64,000 nucleotides of DNA from a virus, in IMG/VR virus record IMGVR_UViG_3300037264_003921, positions 1 to 64,000 of that record; one strand, 5' to 3'. The position numbers and the translations under genes were made by a program. Below are positions 25,590 to 36,800 of the stretch, one piece after another; the first letter of the stretch is position 1; every line of letters starts with the position of its first letter. Below the pieces are notes generated by a model. The model did not search any database. It worked only from the letters and a program-made list of their open reading frames with translations, and was not told the origin of the DNA.

Positions 25590-25952
25590 TTACAATATTT
25601 CCAGGTCATGGCGTAGGGCAGCGGGCGTCTTCAAACATTCATATGAAGCCAATATATAATTTTCAATTTTTGTAAAGATGTCTGGATCTGCTGGATTTAT
25701 ATCAATGATCAACTTATTGTTCCATACATATTTTGGATCACAACAATTATCTGAAATATGTCTTGGACGCCAAGCTAAACAATGATCAATAGATGTTATC
25801 CAAGAAATACCATATATATAAAACCCAACAATCTGTCGGTCTGATGATGGTTTGACGTATTTTGCAATGATTCCACGAGATGTCAAGTTTTTATTGTCTT
25901 TGCCCCATTGAAAGACAATATCTTGAAATGTTATGTCCAATCGATTTTCCAA
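25590..25952 (-). CDS. DPxFF paralog-family protein
   Basis: FQDIVFQW...INPADPDIFTKI. Confidence 0.7.
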   Translation of the reverse strand: MENRLDITFQDIVFQWGKDNKNLTSRGIIAKYVKPSSDRQIVGFYIYGISWITSIDHCLAWRPRHISDNCCDPKYVWNNKLIIDINPADPDIFTKIENYILASYECLKTPAALRHDLEIL

Positions 25953-26218
25953 TAGACTTCAGGGTCTTTACAGGCGTCGTCTAGTTCAATGTATAATTTT
26001 TCGAAGAAATCTGGATCTGATGGATAAAAATAACGTCCACGCACACGAACCCAATCTTTATTTATAACACCAACGATAACTTGTTTATACTCTCCTTTCA
26101 CTGGAATAATAATTGCCGGAGCCGCCGTATACGCAGCATAGCTGATAAGCACACGTCCTTTAAAAGTTTCTTCAATCCAATCAACGACAAGACCAGCAAG
26201 CGATAAAATCTTCATCAT
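25931..26218 (-). CDS. DPxFF paralog-family protein
   Basis: LAGLVVDWI...YPSDPDFFEKL. Confidence 0.7.
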   Translation of the reverse strand: MMKILSLAGLVVDWIEETFKGRVLISYAAYTAAPAIIIPVKGEYKQVIVGVINKDWVRVRGRYFYPSDPDFFEKLYIELDDACKDPEVYWKIDWT

Positions 26219-26350
26219 TAAGATACTTTAATGTTTCTTGTTGCTTTTTGACGTTTATGGTACATCCGCTATTACACAATTATTTCAATTTGCAAGTCCG
26301 ACAATAAAAGAGATGAACGACAAAAAGAGCAGTAAATGTAAACAATATAA

Positions 26351-27049
26351 TCATTTGATGGCAGCCATTCTTATGTTAAGATACTGGTCTAGCACACCTA
26401 AGATTTCTGAATTAGAGAAATCATTCTTTGCAGAATTTATCCATTGACAGACAATCTGAACGTTGCCTTTGATGTGGCCTTTAGACGAATCAATACGATC
26501 TATTGAAGCTGCACAAAGATCGTTGAATTGGTGAGACATAGGCAATTTAGTCAATGCACATTTACCAGCTTGCTGATCCCACATGGTCATAACATAACTT
26601 ACATCTAAATCGAATTCACGTCGAATATCATCTTTTGGGTCATATTTATTTGGATTTCTAGAATGGGCTTTAATATGTAAAATTTGATCACGTAAGAATG
26701 ATTCAGGACCACGCATGATCGATTTGCGAACACGCTGCCAACGAACCTTTGGGTCTAGATCTTTGAAGTATTTTTCACGATATGCTTTCAACTCAACCTC
26801 GTGATCTTTACGATATTGTTTCTGTTGCGATTGATAACATGGTGTTTTACATATGTTCTTCTTACCAGCGAATGGATTTTCTTGGCTCTCAGCTTTCCCG
26901 CATGCAGTACAGATGCCAGTGCTGCGTTGTTGACGCTGAAAGATTATTTTATGGCATTCATCACACATCCATCGTTCTGGCTTGAATTCATGTGATATTT
27001 TAGAAGACCCACAACTGTCGCACTTATTTGGGCGTTTTAGGTTAGCCAT
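26351..27049 (-). CDS. HNH-type homing-endonuclease-like protein
   Basis: CxxC pairs; QAGKCALT...SIDRIDSSKGHIKGNVQIVC..IN.AK. Confidence 0.75.
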   Translation of the reverse strand: MANLKRPNKCDSCGSSKISHEFKPERWMCDECHKIIFQRQQRSTGICTACGKAESQENPFAGKKNICKTPCYQSQQKQYRKDHEVELKAYREKYFKDLDPKVRWQRVRKSIMRGPESFLRDQILHIKAHSRNPNKYDPKDDIRREFDLDVSYVMTMWDQQAGKCALTKLPMSHQFNDLCAASIDRIDSSKGHIKGNVQIVCQWINSAKNDFSNSEILGVLDQYLNIRMAAIK

Positions 27050-27129
27050 TCATTACCTCTACTATTATCTACATCTATTTCTATTACTACACAATTACTA
27101 ATAGAAATTCTTATCTTAATTGGACATAT

Positions 27130-27162
27130 AAAAAAAGAGCCGGGATTTCTCCCAGCTCTTTT
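27130..27162 (-). terminator. Rho-independent terminator after the major capsid gene
   Basis: AAAAGAGCTGGGA-GAAA-TCCCGGCTC followed by a T run. Confidence 0.85.
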
Positions 27163-27194
27163 AAAGAACAATTTGTTAAAGATAAGAGGTTCTA

Positions 27195-28709
27195 CTATAA
27201 GTTACTAACGTTTACAACTCCGTAGTAAAGGCCTCCATCTTCTATTAGTTTCTTACCATAGCGGGTCATGATACCCTTATTTGGCGTGAAACTATTAGGA
27301 TCCAAAACAGTTGGAGTCGAGAGTAGTGGGATGTATGGAGCATAGAAGTATCCACTATCCAATACGCTCGAGCCCTTAAAGCCCATTAGGATCTTACAAT
27401 TTGGGAATAGCGGATCCTTATAGAGCTTCAATTTGCCCTGTATTGTACCAGCAGATGTAATACCAATGTCAATACCATCCTGAGCTAGCGCGTCCGAGCC
27501 ACGGAAATCGTTCAGCTGCTCAAACTTCGAAGCGATATCAGCAGATGTTACCATCCAGTTTGCAGGACCACGGAGTGTGGTTCTGTGGATGATGTTTGCA
27601 ACTTCCAATACCTTGTACAGGAGGGCGATGTTGCGATCCGTAAAGTTAACCGAGGCACCAGCGCCTGTCGCAAAGTTATGCGTGGCACGAATGCTTGCAG
27701 CAACGATTAGATCGTTGATGATTTCGCGGTCAATTTCTGCTACCATCTCGTCTGCCATTAGATCTGTCAGGGTGCTCTCAGCATCGATGTTATGAACCGA
27801 CTTGAGATCCTGAGCAGCTTCTAACGACCACGAGGTCTTTAGCTTACGTGTTGCAGCTGCTACGCTATCCGAATCAATCGAAAGCGTAACCTCTGGCTGG
27901 AACGGGTTGTTTTCAAGATCGAACTCGTAATCTACGCGTGCAATCATGCCAGTTACCGATCCAGAACTCAACGTTACTTGTACTACACCTGTTGAGTGGC
28001 TAAACACCGTAGCGCCTGGTGAGGCCTCGTCAACTGTATAAACAGTTGGGCTTGCCACCAAGACGAGATCCGGGTCGCCGTTCGAATCGAAGCTAACCTG
28101 AATGATTGGTGTCGGGTCTTCGCAGCTATCCGCATCGGAAGCGTAAACGTTTACAACAACCGTGCCTGCTAGAACCGGCTTATGCAATAGTGTTGCTGTA
28201 ACGACGTCACCGCCGCCACTGATTACAGCGTCTTCATTCTTTACTACTTGTGAGCTGTAGTAAGGATCAAGTGCCCAACCGTTCTGACGACCGAACGCCT
28301 GAGCGGTATTCTGGCGCATGATCTGTGTTCCAGCTTGTGTCTGCCCCTTGTTAAGAGCATAACGATAGCGGATGTAGAAAATCAAGCTAGCTGGCTGGCT
28401 CATTGGTTGCACGCCAACTAGATTATCCGCGATTAGACGTGGATAGCTCTTGCGGATCAATGGGAGGGCGAAACGAGTGAAATCAGCGATATCACCAGTT
28501 GTCGTCGCATCTTCCAAGATCATCGAGCGGCCCTTTGGATCCCAGCAATTATACTGGTTTTCCATCATCGTAGCAAGAAGACCAAACTTTGATGGCTTTA
28601 CTTCCTTGCACTTTCTAAGAACTGGAGCCCATTTCTTCACGAGCTGATTCTTGCGAGATTCACGAAGAATCGACTCTTGACGGGCTTCTTCTACCATAAG
28701 CTTATCCAT
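27195..28709 (-). CDS. Major capsid protein (T4 gp23-like)
   Basis: LVGVQPMSQP, RKLKTSWSLEAAQDLKSVHNIDAE, EIDREII, YAPYIPL, GIMTRYG. Confidence 0.95.
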   Translation of the reverse strand: MDKLMVEEARQESILRESRKNQLVKKWAPVLRKCKEVKPSKFGLLATMMENQYNCWDPKGRSMILEDATTTGDIADFTRFALPLIRKSYPRLIADNLVGVQPMSQPASLIFYIRYRYALNKGQTQAGTQIMRQNTAQAFGRQNGWALDPYYSSQVVKNEDAVISGGGDVVTATLLHKPVLAGTVVVNVYASDADSCEDPTPIIQVSFDSNGDPDLVLVASPTVYTVDEASPGATVFSHSTGVVQVTLSSGSVTGMIARVDYEFDLENNPFQPEVTLSIDSDSVAAATRKLKTSWSLEAAQDLKSVHNIDAESTLTDLMADEMVAEIDREIINDLIVAASIRATHNFATGAGASVNFTDRNIALLYKVLEVANIIHRTTLRGPANWMVTSADIASKFEQLNDFRGSDALAQDGIDIGITSAGTIQGKLKLYKDPLFPNCKILMGFKGSSVLDSGYFYAPYIPLLSTPTVLDPNSFTPNKGIMTRYGKKLIEDGGLYYGVVNVSNL

Positions 28710-28725
28710 TTTTATCCTTTATATA

Positions 28726-29517
28726 TTATTCAAGTGTATCGGCGATTTTTTGTACCTCAGCAACCGGCTGCACAGCCGAGCTGAATGAACGTGTTTGCGA
28801 TTCAGTCATTGTTCTACGTGTCGACGCAGCCCCAGCTGCGGCTTTCCGACTTTCATCAAGACGAGCAGGTTCTGGTTTTTTGCTCTCTGCAACCTTCTCA
28901 TCCTTCTTGTCTGCAGCTTTGTCATCAACCTTTGGTGCTCCACCACATTTAGCACACTTGCCACTATTTGGGAATGGCAGCTTATGCTCTTGGCAGTACC
29001 CTTCACCAATTGTCACCACTTTTTCCTCAAGTTGGCGATTGCGCTGGAGCGTCTTAGCGGCGATGTCATTGGCGACATTCGCTTTCGACACAGCAGTATT
29101 ACGTTCCTCTTTTAGAGTCGCACACATCTTTTCGAGTCTCGCTATTTTTTTAGACGAGTCTTGAAGTTGCTGACTAGTCGCGCCGCTTTCTTTTAATTCA
29201 ACGCCTTCAAGAACGGCCTTAGCCTTCTTTAGACGTACGGCTGACTCAGATTCTTCAATCGCTCTTTGACGTGTAGCGGCTGCCTCAAAAGAGGCCGCTT
29301 TACTTTCCAAAAATGTTTTTACGCGTTTTGCTAATCTAATTTTTTCTTCATTGACTTCAGTAACACAGACTTTCTTCGCACGTTCGACTTTGCCTTGATA
29401 TTCTTGCTCATATTTAGACTTTAATGTTTCGGAATAAACTCGTAATTCTTCACATATGGCGTTCGCGAGTTCGTCTGAAGCACCAATGCCCTTCATGAGC
29501 TCTATTATCTTTTCCAT
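28726..29517 (-). CDS. Prohead scaffold (gp22-like)
   Basis: Coiled-coil protein directly upstream of the major capsid gene. Confidence 0.65.
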   Translation of the reverse strand: MEKIIELMKGIGASDELANAICEELRVYSETLKSKYEQEYQGKVERAKKVCVTEVNEEKIRLAKRVKTFLESKAASFEAAATRQRAIEESESAVRLKKAKAVLEGVELKESGATSQQLQDSSKKIARLEKMCATLKEERNTAVSKANVANDIAAKTLQRNRQLEEKVVTIGEGYCQEHKLPFPNSGKCAKCGGAPKVDDKAADKKDEKVAESKKPEPARLDESRKAAAGAASTRRTMTESQTRSFSSAVQPVAEVQKIADTLE

Positions 29518-29574
29518 AATTCTCCCTTAATTTTGCTTGAAAAATGTTATATAATAATTTTGCCGTTAATTCTT

Positions 29575-30129
29575 TCAATCCTCTATCGAATCTAACCATG
29601 CAGGCTTGCCAGATCCCTCTGACGAGCCATGTGGTTCTTCAGATGGCTTTTCATCTTTATCCTTATCGAGCTCATCTGACTCACCAGCATCAGGCGACAC
29701 AAGTGGCACAACAACCTTTGTCCAGCCATTTACTTCCACATGCCCATCGCCAATCTTATTCTCAACATTAGCTAAAGCTTCATCGCCAAACTCATCCTTA
29801 ATACAATCTTTCAAATCATTAACAGCTTCTTCTTTACTGGCATATGGACCATGAACTTCTGTCTTTTGTTCACCGTCTTCTTGACCATGGCACATGATCA
29901 CCCACTGCTCAGAAGCTGGCTCTTGTGGCATTCCGAGATTATCAGATTCAGAATCGTCAATTGATTCGTCATCCATATTTTCCAAAATGGCGAACATTGC
30001 CTCACTGACAGATTCGTCTAAGCCAAACTTGGCCTTCACTTGTTTCACTCAATTCTCATATTTTTCTTTGTCTTCTCTGCCAACTTCTGATGTGCAGATA
30101 GCCCAAGGGTTAACGGTTTTCTTATCCAT
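29575..30129 (-). CDS. Head-cluster protein with in-frame TGA at codon 27 (candidate selenoprotein)
   Basis: ATG 30129 overlaps the protease stop (TAATG); NPWAICTSEVGREDKEKYEN-TGA-VKQVK is in frame with ORF 29575..30048. Confidence 0.6.
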
Positions 30130-30806
30130 TATTTCTTCTCATTAAAGTAATCATGAATCTCTTTCAAGATGTCACGCTCTTTAGATTTAACTGACTCATT
30201 TGAATTTTTATTGAACCTATTGCGCGATTCCATAACACTCAAAAAGCTTCCTTGAACAGATGGCTCAGCAACAATATCAAACGTCACAAATGTGAATCCA
30301 GGCATTACTTTATAATATTCCTGGCCCTCAACAACTGTCGTTTCCATGTCACCAACACCACGAGAGCTTATTCCAATGCTGACGCCACTTTCAACAAGGT
30401 TCTTTAATATAGTGCCACATGGAGTCTTATCTAATACTTCTATTTCTCCAAGGACTTCATTATTCTCCATCCATAGCTTCGTAAGGATATGGCTGACACG
30501 ATCAAGATGGATCTTAGCATCTGCTGGATGGTCAAATTCGCCGAGAACACGTCTTGATTTAATATCCTCTTGTATTTCACTGACTGCGTGATCCAGGATG
30601 GCATGATCATAAATTCTGCCATTTGAATTTGGTTTTTCACCATATTGAAATCTACCGGCAAGACGCAATACGCTACGTTTTTGGCCATTTATGTCTTCAA
30701 CTACAACAGTCTCGCTCTTAACAACCTTTAAAGGAGACGACTCCTGTAAAAGTTGATATTGGCCTAGTTGGCCAGTACGAGCAACGACTGATCTAGATAT
30801 GATCAT
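30129..30806 (-). CDS. Prohead protease (gp21-like)
   Basis: NSNGRIY, LGEFDHP, VSH, TPCG.IL, GISSRGVG, FDIVAEPS. Confidence 0.92.
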   Translation of the reverse strand: MIISRSVVARTGQLGQYQLLQESSPLKVVKSETVVVEDINGQKRSVLRLAGRFQYGEKPNSNGRIYDHAILDHAVSEIQEDIKSRRVLGEFDHPADAKIHLDRVSHILTKLWMENNEVLGEIEVLDKTPCGTILKNLVESGVSIGISSRGVGDMETTVVEGQEYYKVMPGFTFVTFDIVAEPSVQGSFLSVMESRNRFNKNSNESVKSKERDILKEIHDYFNEKK

Positions 30807-30814
30807 TCAATCTC

Positions 30815-33772
30815 CTATTTGCACTCGCACGTATCTTTACCGCAGTCAGGGCAAGGGCATTTACAATAGTCGCTTGGTTTCTTACATTCTGGACAATGCT
30901 CTTCATTCACGACTTTCGTTTGTGGAGTTTTTGATTCAACTGGAGCCTTTTCAACATCTGTTTCTTCTGGTGCTTCTTCTGGCACTTCTTCTGCTCCAGT
31001 CGTTAAAACTTCTTCATCACCAAGCGGCATTCCACCGACAATCTCATCTACTGGAGATGGCAATTCAGGAACAGTAGGGACATCCATTGATCCCATATCC
31101 ATGCCCTCAGCTTTATCCATTGCAGCAATTACTCTAGAAATAACGTCATCAATCCGCTCATCTCTAGAGTAAACAACAGCTACATCCTCAACAAATGGAC
31201 TATCACTCTTTTTGCTTTCTTTGCTTTCTTTTACTTCACGTGGAGCAAGCGCAGCTTTCTTACGTCCATCTGCGTGCATACGTGGCCCCTTCTTTTGGTC
31301 CTCAGTTGCAGTTGGCTCACCTTCGGTTGGAGGTACTTCAGAGACAACCTTCTTCGTATCATCTGATTCAGCAAGACCTGACGTTTTGCTCTGAAAATCC
31401 TTGGCCATGTCTAAATCAGTTTTTTCTGCGCCTTTTGATGGCGGAACGCCACCCGCTCCCTTACCATCTGTCTTCTTGGCATCTCCATCATCCACACCGT
31501 TTTTGCCTTGCAATTCAGACATATCAAGGTCGTGTGGCTTCTTATAGCCGCCACCGCCAGTATGCTTTGCCTCTACCTTTAGTTCGCCTTCATCTAAAGC
31601 AGCTGCTATTTTATCTGTTATAGATTCACCAATTGCCTTGGTCTTACCTTGATTGTCTTTCGACATACCTGGGTCGCCATCTACGGCACCCTTATTCGAT
31701 GGAGTACCAGCCGCGTCAGCGCCACTTACTTTTTTCATGCCTTTATCAGAAAGGCCCTTGGTTTTACCTTGATTGTCTTTCGACATACCTGGGTCGCCCT
31801 CTACGGCACCACTATTCGACGGAGCACTGTCGCCACTCTTACCATCAGATGTCTTTACGCCTGATTTTACAACGCCCCCATTGTCTTGTAGTTCGCTCAT
31901 GCCAGAAGCGTCGCCACTATGCTTTACACCCTTTTCTGGCCCAGACAATCCACCAAGCTCTTCGCTTAATGGCGAATAGTCAGAATTTATCTTAACATTT
32001 TCTTTTAACTCTATTTTACCATCATATGGGTCATCTGGTAAATCAAGTACAACATCGTTACCAGAGTCTATGACAGTATCACGAATCCCCTCAAACTCTT
32101 CTCTTATCATATCAGCAGCGGCGGAGCCAATGCTGTGGCAACGGTCTATATATTTATTGATTTGATTGAAACAATCATCAAATCCGTCTTCCTTCAAGAA
32201 AATATGCCCGTCAGTCTTCCAAGAAAGTAGTTCTTCTTGTAGCTCAATAGCATTCATCTTCTCTATCGGTGTATAGTCCTCAACAATTGGCTTACCAGCC
32301 TTTTTAGATTCAGCAGCAGCTTTAGCCATCTCTGGCGCAACAGGGGCCTCAGCCGACGCCATAGCCATATCTGGTACTAATGCTTCTTCTTCTTCACCAC
32401 CTAGATCTGGCAATGGTACTGGTGTTTCATCCTGTTCCTCTTCTGGCTCAACAGCCGCTTCATCTTTGTCATCAACGCCAGGCATTCTATCAAAGCCATC
32501 AAGCGTTTGAATTCTATCAATGATTGTGTCCGAGATTCCAGCAAGTAACTCTTCTGTCTGATAAATGATATCAGTCGATGGTTCCTCAGTCTCAAGAGAG
32601 CCAACCATGTGTTCAATATCTTGTACTAACTGATCCTGTCCATCAATATGCTTCAACACGTTTTTAATGACTTTCAACGACACTAAATATGCTTTCGCAC
32701 GTGTTGAATCAATATCATTAGCTTCTGAGAACACTCCTTCAATAAAGACATTGTATGCAGAAGCAAAATCTTTTGATTCACCAAGGGCTTGTGCATTCGC
32801 GAGCATATCTGGGCTCTGCGCCTTTTGCGCTGTCTTCGTCCAGCAGTCAACGATTGTGTCTTTATTCACTTTTAAGTTAGTCTTATACATCAATGTAGCA
32901 ACATCTTCAATTAAGAATGAATTGAATTCAGACTGTGTTGCAAATGTTGACTCAACAAGTTTCGTCATTCCGGCTTTATTTAATAAACAGAATTCCTGCT
33001 CCTCGCGAAGGAATTTTGCTGCAACTTCAACAGCTTCAGAGACTTTATGTTCACAAACTAAACCGGCAATGTTCACTACAAATTTCTGGAATGTTGGTGA
33101 TTCGTATGCGCTTTCTGCAATCTCCCTCATACGTCTAGCCACTATTCTACGACGGGTTATCTCGTCGACTGGCAGCGTAAATGCGTCACCAGTTTCTGTA
33201 AAAACACCACGAACAACTTGGCCTTCCAATAATTCTACCTGATCTGCAACTGCATCTGAGAAGGCCTTGATTATCTTTGGTATTTTATCTTCTTCAATGA
33301 CATCAACTGTCGTCTTAATACGATGAACGTCACCGTCCCGTGTAGTAACTAATCCACTCTCAGGAATTACACGACTGCGGAAACGTTGTAATTCAATTTT
33401 ATTGAACACTTTTTCAGCAGATTTGAAATCAGATTCAGATATTGCTTCTACAAGATCTGTACAATTTTTATCAAATAAATCGGCTTTCTTTTCCTCAACA
33501 ACATTGACTCTTTTAATATTGTCAACAATGTAACGAGGACCATCTTTCTTGATATCGCCAACATAATATTCATTTGTCTTTGTGTCTTCGAATATCAAGC
33601 TTGCCGGATGCAAAGCCGTGAGCTTAAACGCACGCTTAGCCTCCTGACCTAGACGCTTTACAACATTTTCAAAGAAAACCACTTTGCTCTGCGCGGAATT
33701 ATTAATAGCACGCAGAAAATTCCTAGCATCCATATTGACAGACGCAGGAACCTTGTTCTGTTCAGTGCCCAT
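30815..33772 (-). CDS. Large acidic prohead-core-like protein
   Basis: 985 aa between portal and protease; low-complexity repeated C-terminal half. Confidence 0.7.
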   Translation of the reverse strand: MGTEQNKVPASVNMDARNFLRAINNSAQSKVVFFENVVKRLGQEAKRAFKLTALHPASLIFEDTKTNEYYVGDIKKDGPRYIVDNIKRVNVVEEKKADLFDKNCTDLVEAISESDFKSAEKVFNKIELQRFRSRVIPESGLVTTRDGDVHRIKTTVDVIEEDKIPKIIKAFSDAVADQVELLEGQVVRGVFTETGDAFTLPVDEITRRRIVARRMREIAESAYESPTFQKFVVNIAGLVCEHKVSEAVEVAAKFLREEQEFCLLNKAGMTKLVESTFATQSEFNSFLIEDVATLMYKTNLKVNKDTIVDCWTKTAQKAQSPDMLANAQALGESKDFASAYNVFIEGVFSEANDIDSTRAKAYLVSLKVIKNVLKHIDGQDQLVQDIEHMVGSLETEEPSTDIIYQTEELLAGISDTIIDRIQTLDGFDRMPGVDDKDEAAVEPEEEQDETPVPLPDLGGEEEEALVPDMAMASAEAPVAPEMAKAAAESKKAGKPIVEDYTPIEKMNAIELQEELLSWKTDGHIFLKEDGFDDCFNQINKYIDRCHSIGSAAADMIREEFEGIRDTVIDSGNDVVLDLPDDPYDGKIELKENVKINSDYSPLSEELGGLSGPEKGVKHSGDASGMSELQDNGGVVKSGVKTSDGKSGDSAPSNSGAVEGDPGMSKDNQGKTKGLSDKGMKKVSGADAAGTPSNKGAVDGDPGMSKDNQGKTKAIGESITDKIAAALDEGELKVEAKHTGGGGYKKPHDLDMSELQGKNGVDDGDAKKTDGKGAGGVPPSKGAEKTDLDMAKDFQSKTSGLAESDDTKKVVSEVPPTEGEPTATEDQKKGPRMHADGRKKAALAPREVKESKESKKSDSPFVEDVAVVYSRDERIDDVISRVIAAMDKAEGMDMGSMDVPTVPELPSPVDEIVGGMPLGDEEVLTTGAEEVPEEAPEETDVEKAPVESKTPQTKVVNEEHCPECKKPSDYCKCPCPDCGKDTCECK
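31636..31810. repeat. 55-bp intragenic direct repeat, 120-bp period
   Basis: 31636-31690 vs 31756-31810, 2 mismatches; encodes GAV(E/D)GDPGMSKDNQGKTK. Confidence 0.8.
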
Positions 33773-33851
33773 ATCTAAAAGACTCCTATAATAGTATTCA
33801 TCAATCTTCGTACTATTTTTGTTTCAGATATGTCAATTGATTGACATTAAA

Positions 33852-36800
33852 TTACAACGGTATATCAGCTGTTGTAATATCATCAGAAGGGCCTTTAGTA
33901 GTAGTACCTTCAGTTATGATTAATTTTACTGCATCTATTGCTGCTTTATGTTCTTCTTCTGAAATAGTTCTCTTAACTAACACATCAGACTGATTGGTCG
34001 GGCTTGGCAGATTGTCCAACTCCCCAGCATTCAATAAATACTCAAATGGGCTATTATATTGAACCGGGCTATCATTTTTATTGGCAGTAGTTTGCTTATT
34101 GTATTCCATAAGCACTTCTTTTTCAAGTTTATAGTCATATCCCTCAATCGGAAGCATATCTAATTCTTCTTCTGCAGATAAAGGTTCCCCAAGACCTAAC
34201 TCTTCAGGTTCTCCAAGACCTGGTTCTTCAGGTCCACCCAATCCAGGAAGTCCAGCAGGTCCAGGTAAAGGCAGTAAGCTCGGCTTATTGCCACCTCCGC
34301 CTCCTCCACCACCGCCTCCACCACTTTTTGGGGCGCTGGCATTCTGTTCAGCCTCTTTCTGCATCTGTTCAATTTCATCATCTGTCATGTTGCTAAACCG
34401 TTGCAGAATCCATTTATCTGGGAATAATTCAGTCCCCTTTAATTGATCTATAACATCGGCGCGCGAAGCCCATGTCTCTATTCTATATAATTCATCAATC
34501 GCGCTCGATGCAGTCATCCACAAATCAAACCCTCTAATTTCATCTGCTGAGAATCCACGCAATGCAAGATGAATAATCGCAACCTTCTTCAAGCCGATAG
34601 CAACTTCACGTTGAATCCATTGAACTGCTTTTGCGAATTCAGGTGCTACCTTAGACAGTGGCTCTGAATTACCTTCAGATGGTTCTCCAATACCAACACG
34701 TGAAAACGGTATTTTTAGTGCCGACACCATTTTCTTCTTGAAATATTCAATATCGGCAATCTGATCAAGATTTTCAGCCCCTGGCAGAGTATCAACTTCT
34801 GGACCAGTACCATCAGCTCTTTTTGGTAGCCATATATCATCCTCTTGGATGAGTGGAGACCAGCGTTCGTTAACATCGCCGCTGGCAGGATCGAATACTT
34901 TATGCTTTTTAAACTCGCGAGCTATAAGTTGGATATATTGTGGAACTTCCTTTGGGGGGATGTTTCCTACAGGGATCTTAAAGACGCGCTTTTCTGGAGC
35001 TCGCGTGTTTGCTAGCGGAATCCCATTCGCTATAAAATTATGCACCTCATCTTCAACTGTGATATCGTAGATATCATCTACTTCTATTTCTTCGACACCT
35101 AAAATTCTTTCATGTAATGGCGCTTCTTTCTTAGTGAAATAGAAAGCCCAGCATATGGTAGCAGGCATCGTACGACCTGTTTCATGATCAATAACATGGC
35201 CACCAAGCTTCTCTATTTTCCTAACCAATCCAGCAGTCCACCCAATTCTGTGAATTAATTCTTTTAAGTCTTCTATTAAACTCTGATTGCATGATTCTAC
35301 TTCATGGCCTTCAGTTTTGCCGTTTCTATACATGCGTCGCCATCCATCACCGTCAATATATCCGTCAATAAATGCTTCTTGAACATTACGCGGCGACGTA
35401 TAGACCCATGCTGGAATACGTTTATTAGCAGCACCTGGTATAAAACCATTTAATTTCATGAATTCTACAAACTTCTTAGAATAGACAAAATATGCTCCCA
35501 ATCGATGTCCATCATCTCGACCAAATGACACTGATCTAGTTATTTTTTCGAATAAAATCTTGTATTTATCATTAATTTCTTTATCATCACCAAGTGCAAA
35601 ACCAACTTCATGAGTACATCCAGTAGCGTGTTTTCTCTCAGACACAAATCCATCAGCAATCATAAATCCAAACCACTGCGCGAAATCTTCGTCTGCTACC
35701 TCAGGAAGATCATATTCATGAACGACATCACCACGATCATCATAGCTCCAATTGTCTCTGATTTCTAATAAGTTCTTATTGACACCAACTGTCTCACAAA
35801 TAACATCAGCATTCTTCAATGTCGCCCAATGATTACCACGTAAGAATCGATCTGAAGCCCTTTTTGAAATTCTTAACACACCAGCATCACTCCAAGACAA
35901 TGTACCAGCTCCAACTAATCCCGGCAGTCTAGCATATTTCTCAATCTCTGGCTTTTGGAGTTTGACATACTCTTTGTTATCAAGCCTTGGTAAGATGAAT
36001 CTATGACAATAATTCTTAGCAACAGTGTTGTCTAAAGCCTTTAAATCTTGCACATCAACAAACTTCTCACGATCATAATACCATTTACCATCTTTTTTAT
36101 ATGGATCTACTACCAAAATTGGGTGTGTCTTGTTGGCAAAAATTTCACGATGCTGTGAATAAATGCGATATATTTTATCCTTGCCATTATGCATCCAATT
36201 GACTACTTTGGTCTCACTCAATTTGCCATCACGACCATAACAATATATTGCATCACCGATCTTTAAATCCTTGATTTGTGTATGTCCACCTGGTGTCCAA
36301 ACACGGCTGTCTCCACGAAGACATAATCTATATATCAAAGCAGCATCTTCCATCAATCTAAGCTGTTTGAAATGTTTACGTGTACCATCCAAGATCGAGT
36401 TATGAACAACAACACCATCAGCTATGAAATTAGATGCATGATGGGCTACTTGTATGTCTGCCGTTGGACGTTTACCAATCTGCTCTATTGAAGTGATTGG
36501 CTCGAAGATTACATCTGTCCCAAATTTTGCAGACTCTTTTTTGCGAGCATTATATCCACGAGATCCACTTTTCCTTTGTACATGCCCACCAGCAGATCCA
36601 AATATGTCCGATTTATAGAAATATAATAACCATGAGTCTGATCGTTGATACTCTTTACCGTGGAAGACTACTCTATCATCTTGCCTAACCCGCTTTTCTG
36701 CATGCCCAGCTTTCCAACCTATTAAATGTAACAAAGCTTTAACATCTTTAATAAGTTCATAGTTACTTAATTCTAACTGATATCGATCGCAATCCCATTC

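Noticed and set aside
31636-31810. Direct repeat as CRISPR or DGR repeat
   Set aside because: Two copies within one ORF at an in-frame 120-bp period; explained by a peptide repeat.
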